Below are positions 41,731 to 53,070 of a DNA stretch of 64,000 nt, in pieces (within the stretch, counting starts at the first letter, position 1; the number at the start of each line of letters is the position of its first letter). This DNA is from the human T2T-CHM13v2.0 reference genome, Homo sapiens, in assembly GCF_009914755.1 (NCBI RefSeq), contig NC_060928.1; one strand, 5' to 3'. The position numbers and the translations under genes were made by a program. The notes beneath the pieces are model-generated. The model saw nothing but the letters and a program-made list of their open reading frames with translations. It did not search any database and was not told where the DNA came from.

Positions 41731-42212
41731 TCCTGATTAAACCACACACCTATTTATACTGTGAAGCTGTAGACTCCGTCTTTGGTGTTCTTGCATATCA
41801 CTATATTAATTTTCAGAAATTTCAACAACTAATATAGAAAGTAAACATATTTCAACTATGATGTATCTGAAAAATTTCTCTTCAAATACTCCATTTAAAA
41901 AATAGCTGTATCAATAGGTTCATGGCTGTTAACATCAGCTTTAAAGAAATGGTGTTGTTGAGATTCCTGACTTTCTGATTGACCTTGGTATCTAATCATC
42001 TGTTAATAATCACTGGCATTTTTTCAATATTCTTATCCTCAGGAAAAAGAAATAAACTAACAAAATAAGGTGCTGAAATCCAAATGTCATTTTTAAATAA
42101 TTATTACATTGCTTATTTTTTCTTATTAGTACTATAGCTTGTGGCCATTTAAAATATTTTCTATGATAGCTTGTGGCCATTTAAAATATTTTCAATGACT
42201 CAGTATCTTAAA

Positions 42213-43207
42213 GTTCAGTTCTGTTTTATTTTATTTTATTTTATTTTATTTTATTTTATTTTATTTTATTTTATTTTATTTTTAGTTATTTCTTGTCTTC
42301 TGCTGGCTTTGGGGTTGGTTTGCTCGTATTTTTCTACTTCTTCTAGGTGTGATGTTAAGTTTTTAATATGAGATCTTTCTAACTTTTTGATGTGGGCGTT
42401 TGGCAGTATAAACTTTCCTCTTAATACTGCTTTAGCTGCATTCCAGAGATTCTGACATGTATGTCTTTGTTTACGTCAGTTTCAAAGAATTTATTGATTT
42501 TTGCCTTTATTTCATTGTTTAACTGAAAGTAATTCAGAAGAAGATCATTTAATTTCAATGTAATTGTATGGTTTTGAGCAATATTCTTAATATTAATATC
42601 TATTTTTATTGTGCTGTGGTCTGAGAGTGTGGTTGGTATGATTTTTGGTTTTCTGAATTTGCTGAAAATTGTTTCATGGCCAATTGTGTGGTCAATTTTA
42701 GACATGTGCCATGTGCAGAGGAGAAGAATGTATTTTTTGTTGTTGTTGGGTGAAGAGTTCTGTAGATGTCTGCCAGTTCCATTTGGTCAAGTTTTGAGTT
42801 TAGGTCTGGAATATCATTGGTAATTTTCTGCCTCCATCAATTATTTAATACTGTCCATGGATATTGAAATATCCCACTATTACTGTGTGGTTATCTAAGT
42901 CTCTTTGTATGTCTCTAAGAGCTTGTTTTATAAATCTGGGTGTTCCTGTGTTGTGTGTACATATTTCTTTAGGATACTTAAGCCTTCTTGTTGAATTGAA
43001 CCCTTTACCATTATGTAATGCCCTTCTTTATCTTTTTTGATTATTGTTGGTTTAAACTCTGTTTTGTCTGAAATTAGAATGGTAACCTCAGTTTTTTTGT
43101 TTGTTTGTTTTCTGTTTGCTTGGTAGATTTTTTTCAGTCCTTTTACTTTGAGCCTGTGGGTGTTTTATTGTATGTAAGATGGGTCTCTTGAAGATGGCAT
43201 AGAGTTG
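42213..43207 (-). mobile_element. Inverted 5' segment of an L1PA15-like element (ORF2 endonuclease region)
   Basis: Minus-strand ORF 42421-42705 (SKIDHTIGH...TLSDHSTIK...LKLNDLLLN) is the L1 ORF2p endonuclease C-terminus. Confidence 0.9.
42224..42284. repeat. (TTTTA)11 microsatellite
   Basis: Eleven perfect units at 42224-42278, plus ttttta. Confidence 0.97.
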
Positions 43208-45263
43208 AGCTGAAGTGAAAAAAATTGAGATGCAAAAAATAGTATACAAAAGAACACAAAATCATAAGTTTGTCCATTGAAAGTATACGTAAGATTGACA
43301 GACTTTCAGCTAGAATGATAAAGAAAAAAGAGGGAAGATCCAAATAATCACAATCAGAAATGGCAAAGGAAACATTACTAGTGACCTCACAGAAATACAG
43401 AAAACCGTTAGAGACTATTGTGAACACCCCTAAGCAAACAAACTAGAAAATTACACAAAATGGATTAATTCCTGGAAACAAGCAACTTCCCAAGATTGAA
43501 CCTGGAAAATTTGTAACCCTATACAGACCAATAACAAGTTCCAAAATTAAATCATTAATTAAAAATCTGCCAACCAGAAAAAACCTTCTACCAAAATCAC
43601 AGCCAAATACTACCAGATGTATAAAGAAGAGCTGTTACCATTTCTATTCTGATAAATTGAAGAGGGAATCCTCCCTGTCTCATTCTATGAGGCCAACATC
43701 ATCCTGATATCAAAACCTGGCAGAGACACAACACAAAAATAAAGCATCAAGCCATTATCCTTGATGAACATAAATGTAAAAATTCTCAACAAAATATAAG
43801 CACACTAAATTCAGCAGCAAAAGTGAACATATTCGAAAAATTTCTACAAAATACTAGCATACTAAATTCAGTAACATATGAAAAAGCAAATCCAGCATGA
43901 TAAAATAGGCTTTATCCCTGGGATGTAAGTTTGGTTCAACATGTGCAAATCAATAAATGTGATGTATCACATGAACATAACTAAAAACAAAAACCACATG
44001 ACCATCTCAATAGATGCAGGAAATGCTTTTGATAAAATTCAAAATTTCTTTATGTTAATAACTTTCAACAAATTAGACCTAGAAGGAACATACTTCAAAA
44101 TTGTAAGAGCCATCTATAACAAAACCACAGCCAACATCATACTCAATAGGCAAAAGTTGGAAGTATTCTCCTTGAGAGCTGGAACAAGAACATATTCACT
44201 CTCCACTGCTATTCAGCATAGTACTGGAAGTTCTAGCCAGTGCAATCAGGCAAGAGAAAGAAAAAAAGGCATCCATGTAGGAAGCGAGGAAGTCAAATAT
44301 CTGTTTGCAGATGGTAAGATTTTATACCTAGAAAACCCTGTAGTGTCTGTCCCAAAGCTCCTAGACCTGATAAACAATTTTATCAAAGTTTCAGGATACA
44401 AAACCAATGTACAAAACTCAGTAGTATTTCTATACAACAACAACGTCCAAGGTGAGTGCCAAATCAAGAACAAAATCCCATTCAAAATATCCAAAAAAAG
44501 AATAAAATACATAGGAATAAAGCTAATCAGGGAGGCGAAAGATCTCTGCAATAAGAATTTTTATAAATTGCTCAAAGAATTCAGAGATTACACAAACGAA
44601 AAGTATTCCATGTTCATGGATAGAAACAATCAATATTGTTAAAATGGCCATGCTGCCCAAATTACAGATTCAATGCTACTCCTATCAAACTATCAATAAC
44701 ATTTTTCACAGAATAAGAAAAAAAAACTTCTAAAATTAATGTGGAACTAAAATGAACCCAAATAGCAAAAGCAATCCTAAGCAAAAAGAACAAAGCTGGA
44801 GTCATTACATTACCTGATTTCAAACTGTACTAAAAGTCTATAGTAACCAAAATAGCATGGTACTGGTACACACACAGACACTTAGACCAAAGCAACAGAA
44901 TATAGAGCAACATAATAAATCTGCACCCCTCAACCATTTGGTCTTCAACAAAGTAGAAAAAAGAAACAAGCGTAGGGAAAAGACACTGTATTCAACAAAT
45001 TATGTTTGGATAACTGGCTAACTTTATGCAGAAGAATGAAACTGAACCACTTCCTTAGGCCATATACAAAAATCAACTCAAATGGATTAAAAACTTAACT
45101 GTAAAACCTAAAACTACAGAAGCTCTGGAAGAAAACTTAGCAAATACCATTCTGGACATAGGTCCTGGCAAAGATTTTATGATGAAGACACCAAAAGCAA
45201 TTGCAACAACAATAAAACTTGATAAATGGGACCTAATTAAACTAAAGAGCTTCTGCATGGCAC

Positions 45264-45297
<34 letters not shown>

Positions 45298-46301
45298 CAC
45301 TATCAATAGAGTAAATAGACAGTCTACAGAATGTGAGAAAATATTTGCAAACTATGCATCTGACGAATGTCTAATAATCAGTATCTAGAAAGAACTTGAA
45401 CAAATTAACAAGCAAAAAACAAACAGCCCCATTTAAAATTGGGCAATGTATATGAACAGACACTTCAAAAGAACACATACATATGGCCAACAAACATATG
45501 AAAAAATGCTGAATATCACTAATCATTACAGAAATGCAAATCGAGACCATATCCACCAGTCATTATGGCTATTATTACAAAGTAAAAAAAAAAAAAAAAA
45601 AAAAAGATACTTGTGTGGTTGCAGAGAAAAGGGAACACTTATACACTGTTGGTAGGAGTGTAAATTAGTTCAACTATTGTGGAAAGCAATATGGTGATTC
45701 TTCAAAGAGCTAAAAGCAGAACCACCATTTGAACCAGCAATCCCATTACTGAATATACACCCAGAAGAATATAAATAATTCTGTCATAAAGACACATGCA
45801 CATGTATGTTCACTGCAGCACTCTTCACAATAACAAAGATGTGGAATAAACCTAAATGCCCATCAACAGTAGGCTGGATAAAAAAAAAATGTAGTAAACA
45901 TGCACAATGGAATACTATACAGCCATAAAAAAGGATGAGATTATGTCCTTTGCAGCAACAAGGAGAGAGCTGGAGACCTCTATCCTAAGTGAACTAACAC
46001 AGGAACAGAAAACCAAATACTGCATGTTCTCACTTCTTACTGGGAGCTAAACATTGACTTCATAGACACAAAGAAGGGAACAACAGACACTGGGGCCTAC
46101 TTGAGGGTGGAGGGTGAGAGGAGGGTGAGGATTGAGAAACTATCTCTAGAGTACTATGCTTATCACCTGGGTGGCAATATAATCTGTACACCACACCCTA
46201 GTGACATGCAATTTACCTACATAACAAACCTGCACATGTACCCTGAACCTAAATAGAAGTCAAATAAAAATAAAATAAAATAAAATAAAATAAGAATAAA
46301 A
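43208..46301 (+). mobile_element. L1PA15-like LINE-1 sense segment (ORF2 RT to 3'UTR, (TAAAA)n tail)
   Basis: 3'UTR 'gacactggggcctacttgagggtggagggtg...ataacaaacctgcacatgtaccctgaacct' and tail at 46262-46301. Confidence 0.93.
43941..44642 (+). pseudogene. L1 ORF2p reverse-transcriptase remnant (non-functional)
   Basis: Contains KNHMTISIDAGNAFDKIQ and KVSGYKTNVQ. The catalytic FADD motif reads FADG, and the frame drifts out of and back into ORF2. Confidence 0.85.
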
Positions 46302-47879
46302 TTGTTCCCTCGGATGAGCAATATTGTCTGTCTTTTATCATAGATTTCAACTTCACACTCCCCCCATGTTGCTCTAATTAGTGCCCGTTCCTACACAATT
46401 TTCATCTGTTTGCTTAGTATCTTCAAAATAAAATAACATATTTATTACTCTATCATGCCTGAATATCACACTGGGAATATGAAAAAGGAAATTTTCCCTG
46501 GAAGAACCCAAGTATACTAGAAAACCTGGAGTACTAGAACTCTTGTCCAGCAATGGTCGCATTAGACTTATGTATTAATTGCTATCACTATTCAGGAGCC
46601 CAGGCTCTAATCAAAATGAATGCTTTAGACAAACATCATCTTGTCTGCAATTATCTTTTTTTTTTGTTTTTCACTCTCTTAGAGATTAATAAGGGCATAC
46701 ACCTGAGAGCAAAGGAAACAAGTTAAAGTTAGTGTGACCAGGAAAGGAGCACTTGAAAGGGGACTATTTAATTAGTAATCTTCCATGTAGGAAGATAGGA
46801 GGAAGAAAAAGCTCAAATGATATTTCTACATATATATGTATATATTTTGACAATTATGACAAATATCCAATTTCTACTTTATAAATTCTTGTTGAAAATT
46901 CTAATTACCACATTAAAGGTATTCTCTTTATTCATGCAGTGTGATGGTAAAACCACAGAGTTAACTAAAAACAATTGTGAAGAAAAGAAATAGTATTTTA
47001 CCACCAAAACAAATATGTCATTCAAATAAGTTGCATCGTCTAACTTAATAGGTTGCTATGCAATGATATAATGAGAAAAACCTGTAATGTATGTCTTCAT
47101 AATATTATAGATGTGAATTAGAAGTTCTTCAACCCTTTCTGTACTGGTCCTTTCTGCACTGGAGAAACAGTTGCCAACATATTCAGCTCTGTTCTCCTGT
47201 GGATGCTAAGGGGCAGGTTTTCATTGCAATACTATAGTTACGTGGAATATATCCTGAGGTTGGTGACATTCAAAATCTCACATTTAATTTGAGTAAATTC
47301 TAGCAGGAATTCTCATTTGTTCCCAAAATTGTTAAGTAACTCTGTTATTTGTTCTGACCTCGGATGAGTGACTTATCCTAAGCTCTGGCTATTGGGTTCC
47401 AAGGACAAAAAGTCTAGGTATGCTATTTAATTTGAAATTTTGAATATAACCCAAGTAAACTATCATGTGGGCCACTTTACTCTTTAGGTGGAATGTGCAT
47501 AGATGTTACATTTGGACTGGACACATCTATTATTTTGTGCCATAAAAGTAATTTAGTTTGTATTGTGTTTTATTGTTTCCTCACTGACCAAAGACATTCT
47601 TGAAAACACCAACCAGCTTAGTTCTCCTCAAACTGGACATTGCCATTCCTCAGTACTGCACTTTATTAATGAGACATTATTTTTTACAGAGCCACAATAA
47701 AAATTGACTGCCTGGGTGACAAACAGGGAGTTCTCCCCTTTGGATGCCTGTGGCTCTGGATTAGCTCACTGGGAAACTCTTCATTCCATTTTGGCTCAGG
47801 TAATGATTACTGAATATGCAAGAATTTCTTCCTTAGAAACAACCCAAACTTTGCATCACACCTCTGTGAAGAATGTGTT

Positions 47880-48120
47880 CTCTCCTATTAGAGCTATTTC
47901 ACTGCAACAGGTTTATATAGTTTTAAATATAATTGTATATAAATATATATCTTTTAATTATATAAATCTGTTGCAGTGAAATAGCTCCAATTTACTGTAC
48001 ATGAATCTGGTAGGAAAGGGACAATTGACCCGATGGCTAAAGACTGATTTGCAATAAATTCTGATATTATTGGCAGCTATTGTAGCCAGCAACCATTCCC
48101 TATAATTTACCTTAGCTCTG
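47880..48120. mobile_element. Hairpin-plus-tail ancient repeat, probably MER135
   Basis: 32-bp inverted arms at 47891-47922 and 47956-47987, followed by a tail 'caatttactgtac...gcaataaattctgatattattggcag...gccagcaaccattcc'. Family name is from memory. Confidence 0.6.
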
Positions 48121-48126
48121 CTGAGT

Positions 48127-48169
<43 letters not shown>
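48127..48169. repeat. (ATAG)10 / GATA tetranucleotide STR
   Basis: Ten perfect units at 48127-48166. Confidence 0.97.
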
Positions 48170-49009
48170 TCATATAACATGTAATAGATACATCTTTATA
48201 TATTTATATGAAATCTGTCCTTACTTAAAAGGGCACCCCTTACCTGTGCTTCAAAAGTTGTCAGTACTAGCTCATTTTTGGAAGAACCTCAGAAATCTGA
48301 AAGTGAGAGTTAGAATTTTGAAAAAATGTTCATAGTCTGACAATCATATTTCTACTGAGGGAAGAAAATTTATACTCGATGGGGAAAGGTATTGTGAGAG
48401 CTCTTCAATATCTGCTCTAATACTTCAGTTGCTCCAACAAAGAAGAGGAGAAGTGAGAGGTTCCCATGGTGAGGAGGGGAGAATAAATAGAACATGCTTG
48501 GTTCAGCATATCTGAGTACTCTCAGTCAGACTGCACTGACCCTCTGGTATTTTATATATACTCACTGTTATTAGGGAATCTTTATTTTCAATCTGTTTCA
48601 AAATGCAAAGGGAAATAAAAATATGTTTTTATTGATTTCATGAAATCCAAACATTGGTTACTCAAATCCCACTTTAAATGACTCAGACTGCATATATTCT
48701 TCAATATGCAGGAATTTTAAAAATTTAAACAGAATCAGCAATAGCTAAAACAAGACTTTGCAATTAGGCAATTTATTGATGCTGCAAATGCTAATCATAT
48801 ATTTTGCCCCAGTTATTACACACAAAATTTAATTGGCAAAATAGTTACCAATAGACAAAAGTGGATTATTTTATACACCTAAAATTACCATCATAGGTTG
48901 CAAAACTTTGCCCTTCTAACCATGTGGTGCTTAGAAGAAAGAATTTATAATCAAAATAGAAATATACTTCCAAATTTTTTATGTCTTCAGTTTTTTTTTC
49001 ATCATGGAA

Positions 49010-49270
49010 ATAGTAATAGAATAAATATCAAATTCTGGAACCAAATTTTGTGGAATTGCTGTCTCATTACATAGCTCTTTAACTTTCAAAAGTCAGGTTT
49101 TGGTAAATTTCTCCATCTGTAAAATGACAATGATAATTTATTTTAGCATTTAATAAATAGTCTTACTGGGTATTTATGAATATTAAATACATTAATTGTA
49201 TAAAGCTCTAGGAATACATGAATATACTATGGAACATAATATTTGTTCAAAAAATGCCAACAATTATTAA
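49010..49270 (+). mobile_element. MIR
   Basis: MIR core 'tttctccatctgtaaaatgacaatgataat...tgaatattaaat'. Confidence 0.62.
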
Positions 49271-50009
49271 CATTCACTGAAGGTTTATAGAAAACTTATA
49301 AGTAATGTTGGACATTCTTTCAAATGATTGGAAACAAAGATAACTTATGAAGTCGGTCACTCCTTTTCTACATCAGCAGTAGATAGGTTTTTCTTAATAT
49401 CCACTCTTTAACTCAATACTGAAAAAAAAGTGTGACAAAGAGCTCAAGGCTTATTGAATTAAAGGCACCTGATACCAATCTATTTTAATGCAATTATTTA
49501 AAATATGATAATTCAAACTCATTATTTTATTCTGTTTATTCATGCCTCTTTGATAAATCAACCTAAAAGTTTTATTTTTTGTATCATTTTACTTGCCATA
49601 TTTTAATTTGAGAATGTTATTTTTCCAGAAATTTCCTAGAAAAGGTAGGAACCATCTAATTATACTCTATGTTGTTCAAAATAAACCATAACAACTTATT
49701 TATAGACAGAAAAATATGACACCTGGACTTAAAGCTCCTGCCTCATTTCTTTTTCTACTACATCATCATTAAAGGATTGCCAGAATCAAAGTTCTCATAT
49801 TCTAATTTGGGAGATTTTGTCATTGAAATATTTTTTACAAAAAAAAAATTAGAGGTGGTATATGAATTTATACTTCATTTGCATTTTTCTGTAATTAACA
49901 ACACAAGCTTTATATTTCAAATAGTTCATTGGAAAGGTAGTTTTTCTTTCTAACCACCCTTCATTTCCTAATGTATAATTGAGTTAAACCTGGTAAACAT
50001 TTCTTTTTT

Positions 50010-50499
50010 TCCAGGTGTCAAGATGTTAAACTTTGTCAATAGAGGACTCTGCAGGGACACTGTGGATGAAAGGGTCTACTCTTCTTCACTCCAGGACACA
50101 TCTCTGGACATGCTCTTCTAGTGCATGACAACCAACAGTATATCACAGCCAGCAGTGAAAGACTGCCTAAAATATAATCTACTTCTCAGGAGGCAGTTTC
50201 TTCCAGTATATTTGAAGAACGCTTTCAAGCTGTTTCTTCTATACAGAATCTAAGGTAACTTCATACTCTGGTGGGCCACAGGTAGGGGGTTCTTCCACAT
50301 CTGTTCCTTCTTTAGAAGGTCTGCCTCAGCCTCAAAGTTTGTGGCTGCTTACTCCATATGCTATTCCTGAATTCTTTAGAGTTGTCTCTTTCCCATAATA
50401 GCTAATCCCCTATGAGAGTTTATAATTCCTTGTATTAAACTTCCTGTGTTCAAATTATTCTGTGGTTTCTGTCTCTTGGTTGAATGTTGACTAATAACA
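50010..50499 (+). mobile_element. LTR52/LTR41-group ERVL LTR
   Basis: 'gatgttaaactttgtcaatagaggactctgcagggacactg' and the end 'gtggtttctgtctcttggttgaatgttgactaataaca'. Confidence 0.68.
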
Positions 50500-51394
50500 G
50501 TTGTGGTATGAGGAAGTAGAGGGGTTCCTGGAGAAAGATCTGAAAAGATGGTATTTGGACATTGGTTTACTCATGCCCTTGGGCTTGAGCATATTGGTGA
50601 AAACTTTGCCAGAAGGAAACAGAGTGCTAAGTAATCTATGGCATGTAGTGGCATACCAATTAATCAAGACATCACCTGTGCTTGATTGTGATCAAGTGCT
50701 GACTGAATCAAGTCCCATGGAAACTCAATGGCTGCCATAATTTAATGTACAGAAAGTGACTACAAAGACTATGCTGTGGCCAGAATTTCCTGAGTGACTT
50801 GGAACGCTTACAGAAATGAATGATAAGCTCAGGAATTTAGACGTCAACTCATGACTAAACCAGAGAGATTTCATAACAGTCCTAAAATACTATCTTATTT
50901 ATTAGGGTCATAAGGTTGATACCATCAAAAACCAAATGCAAAATTTAATTATGTCAACTGTGAATAGCAAACTCCATGGTGTCACCATCCTTAAGTGTTA
51001 AGTTTCAAATATTGATTATGAATGATTGTTCAGTTGTAGAAATAAGGATTTCCTTGGCTACTCTTATTAACTTTTTGTTTTGTTTCTATATAAGTACTCA
51101 ATTTCCTGTTTTTTTCTTCTCTGTTCTTACTCTTTTACAATAGAAGGTTGATGGCTATTAAAATGAAAATTCATTGTCATTGATTGCACAATGTCAAGAT
51201 GGATTGTAATTGAGGAGGAGTGAACATTACTCAGAAATGGAGGCAGTACTTAAGAGCTTTGTTCTTCCTTTTACGTGAGGGTGAGCAGTTGTTTATGTTA
51301 GGATCGCCAGGTTGTGTTACACAGGAGCATTTTTTGTTTGTTTCTTATTGCTGTTTGGAGGCTTAAGAATGGGAAGAAAATATGTGTGAGGGAT
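50500..51394 (+). mobile_element. ERVL internal relic (decayed PBS, gag 5' part, 3' internal region)
   Basis: 'tggtatgaggaagt' follows the LTR. ORF 50501-50740 contains LWHVVAYQLIKTSPV (ERVL-gag-like). 3'-internal-like text lies at 51060-51390. Confidence 0.55.
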
Positions 51395-52240
51395 GATATA
51401 TTTGGATTGGCTTGCTCAACATCCATTCAAACCTGCTTATTGTGTATTTTCTTATATTGCAGAGGCTAAAAAGCTAAAAAAAAAAACAAAACAAAAACAA
51501 AAGCAAGCCCACACACAGTTTTCCAGATTCTCTTGACATATCTAGATGTGATTTTGGTTTACATCATTCATATCACTTCTGGGAAATATTGGCTGCTTCA
51601 CAGAAAAGCAGAGGTGGTAGACTTAAGATCTGGCCAGTGTTGCAGTAACGTTCAGATTTGGCAGGCCGTTTCCTGATTGCAGCAGAAGCACTGGCTGTCT
51701 CAGCATCCCGAATGTGTCCTGTGAGTTTTGAAAGTCATTAATGGGAGAAGGTCAGCGTAAAGTCTGTTGTTAGTCATTCTAAATATTTTGAAAGGTCATC
51801 AGTATCTGTATTAGTCTGTTTTTGTGCTGCTGATAAAGACATACCCAAGACTGGATAATCTATATATTAAAAAAAAAAAAAAAAAGAGGTTTCGTGGACC
51901 CACAGTTCCATGTGGCTGGGGAGGACTCACAATCAAAACGGAAGGCAAAAGTCACGTCTTCCATGGTGGCGGGCAAGACAGAATGAGAGCCAAGTGAATG
52001 GAGAAACCCCTTATAAACATAGCAGATCTCATGAGACTTATTCACTACCATGAGAACAGTATGGGGAAAACCGCCCCCTTGATTCAATTATTTCCCACCA
52101 GGTCCCTCCCACAACATGTCAGAATTATGGGAGCTACAATTCAACATGAGAATTGGGTGGGGACATATCAGTATCCTATAATAAATCCCATATCAGTATC
52201 CTATAATAAATCCCCATCAAGATTAACCCTGGATCAGGGA
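51395..52240 (+). mobile_element. LTR33 (ERVL) interrupted by THE1B
   Basis: 'tgcagaggctaaaaagctaaaa...ttccagattctcttg...ttcctgattgcagcagaagca'; resumes 'cctataataaatccc' after 52170. Confidence 0.72.
51807..52170 (-). mobile_element. THE1B solo LTR with perfect TSD
   Basis: tgtattagtc...catatca. TSD GTATC at 51802-51806 and 52171-52175. Confidence 0.94.
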
Positions 52241-52609
52241 AGAAATTATTCCTGTTAATGATTTGAGAACAACAGACAAGACTTATGAATATATGTGCCA
52301 TTACATTTAAGTCTTCATGTTCTTGGCATGTTCTAGGCAGTTGGTTTATGCTTTGCCTGCATGTGTTTCCCCTCATCAATCCTCCAAGTCATGTCATATC
52401 TAACTCCTCCTTTATCTGGATTGCTTTAGGTTTGGGTCTATAGCCCTTATGAAATACTTTGGGCACTATTACATCGATGTGATATTACTTTGGAGGCTTT
52501 TGATTCTACAGAACCATTCTTTTTTATCATGAAAACCTGCAATTTGCCTATCAGAATGTTTGCTTTCACAATTATCATTTATGATGTGCACTTCAAGGTG
52601 CTGTCTGAA

Positions 52610-53070
52610 GTCAACAATTTATAATAAAATGTAGAGAACATAAATGTTCCGTTTGATACATTTTTTAACAATTGTATACACTGATGTAAACACTATTAAA
52701 AGATGCGACTGTTGTATTACAGGAAAGAATGCTTCCCTGTGCCTTTTCTCTTCACACCACCACCACTACCACCGCCACTATGGTCACTGTTTTGATTTTA
52801 TCTTTTTTTATTATTCCTAAGCTTAACATAAATACAGTCATAAGATGTGATGTATTCTTTTGTCTCTGGCTTCTTCTGCTCAACATGATATTTTAGAGAT
52901 TTATTCATTCGGTGGCATATGTCAATTGTGTGCTTGTTTTTTATTAAATAATATTCAATGTATCAACATGCCACAATTTGTTTATCCTATTCTACTGCTG
53001 ATGAAGTTTGGGTATTACACTTTTGGGTTGTTACAAATAAAGATGCTATAAAATAGCTTTATGGAAATTT
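52610..53070 (-). mobile_element. L1ME-type 3' end
   Basis: 'tctggcttcttctgctcaacatgatattttagagatttattcat...ccacaatttgtttatcc...aataaagatgctat'. Confidence 0.75.

Noticed and set aside
43941-44642. Longest ORF (233 aa) as an active reverse transcriptase or novel RT system
   Set aside because: It is a fragment of an old L1 ORF2 with FADD changed to FADG, internal frame drift and stops on both sides.
42195-46320. TSD for the inverted L1
   Set aside because: The left flank (aatgactcagtatctta) and right flank (ttgttccctcggatgag) do not match convincingly.
42134-52213. Short direct repeats as a CRISPR-like array
   Set aside because: These are isolated two-copy tandem duplications with unrelated units and no spacers, in primate DNA with no cas genes.
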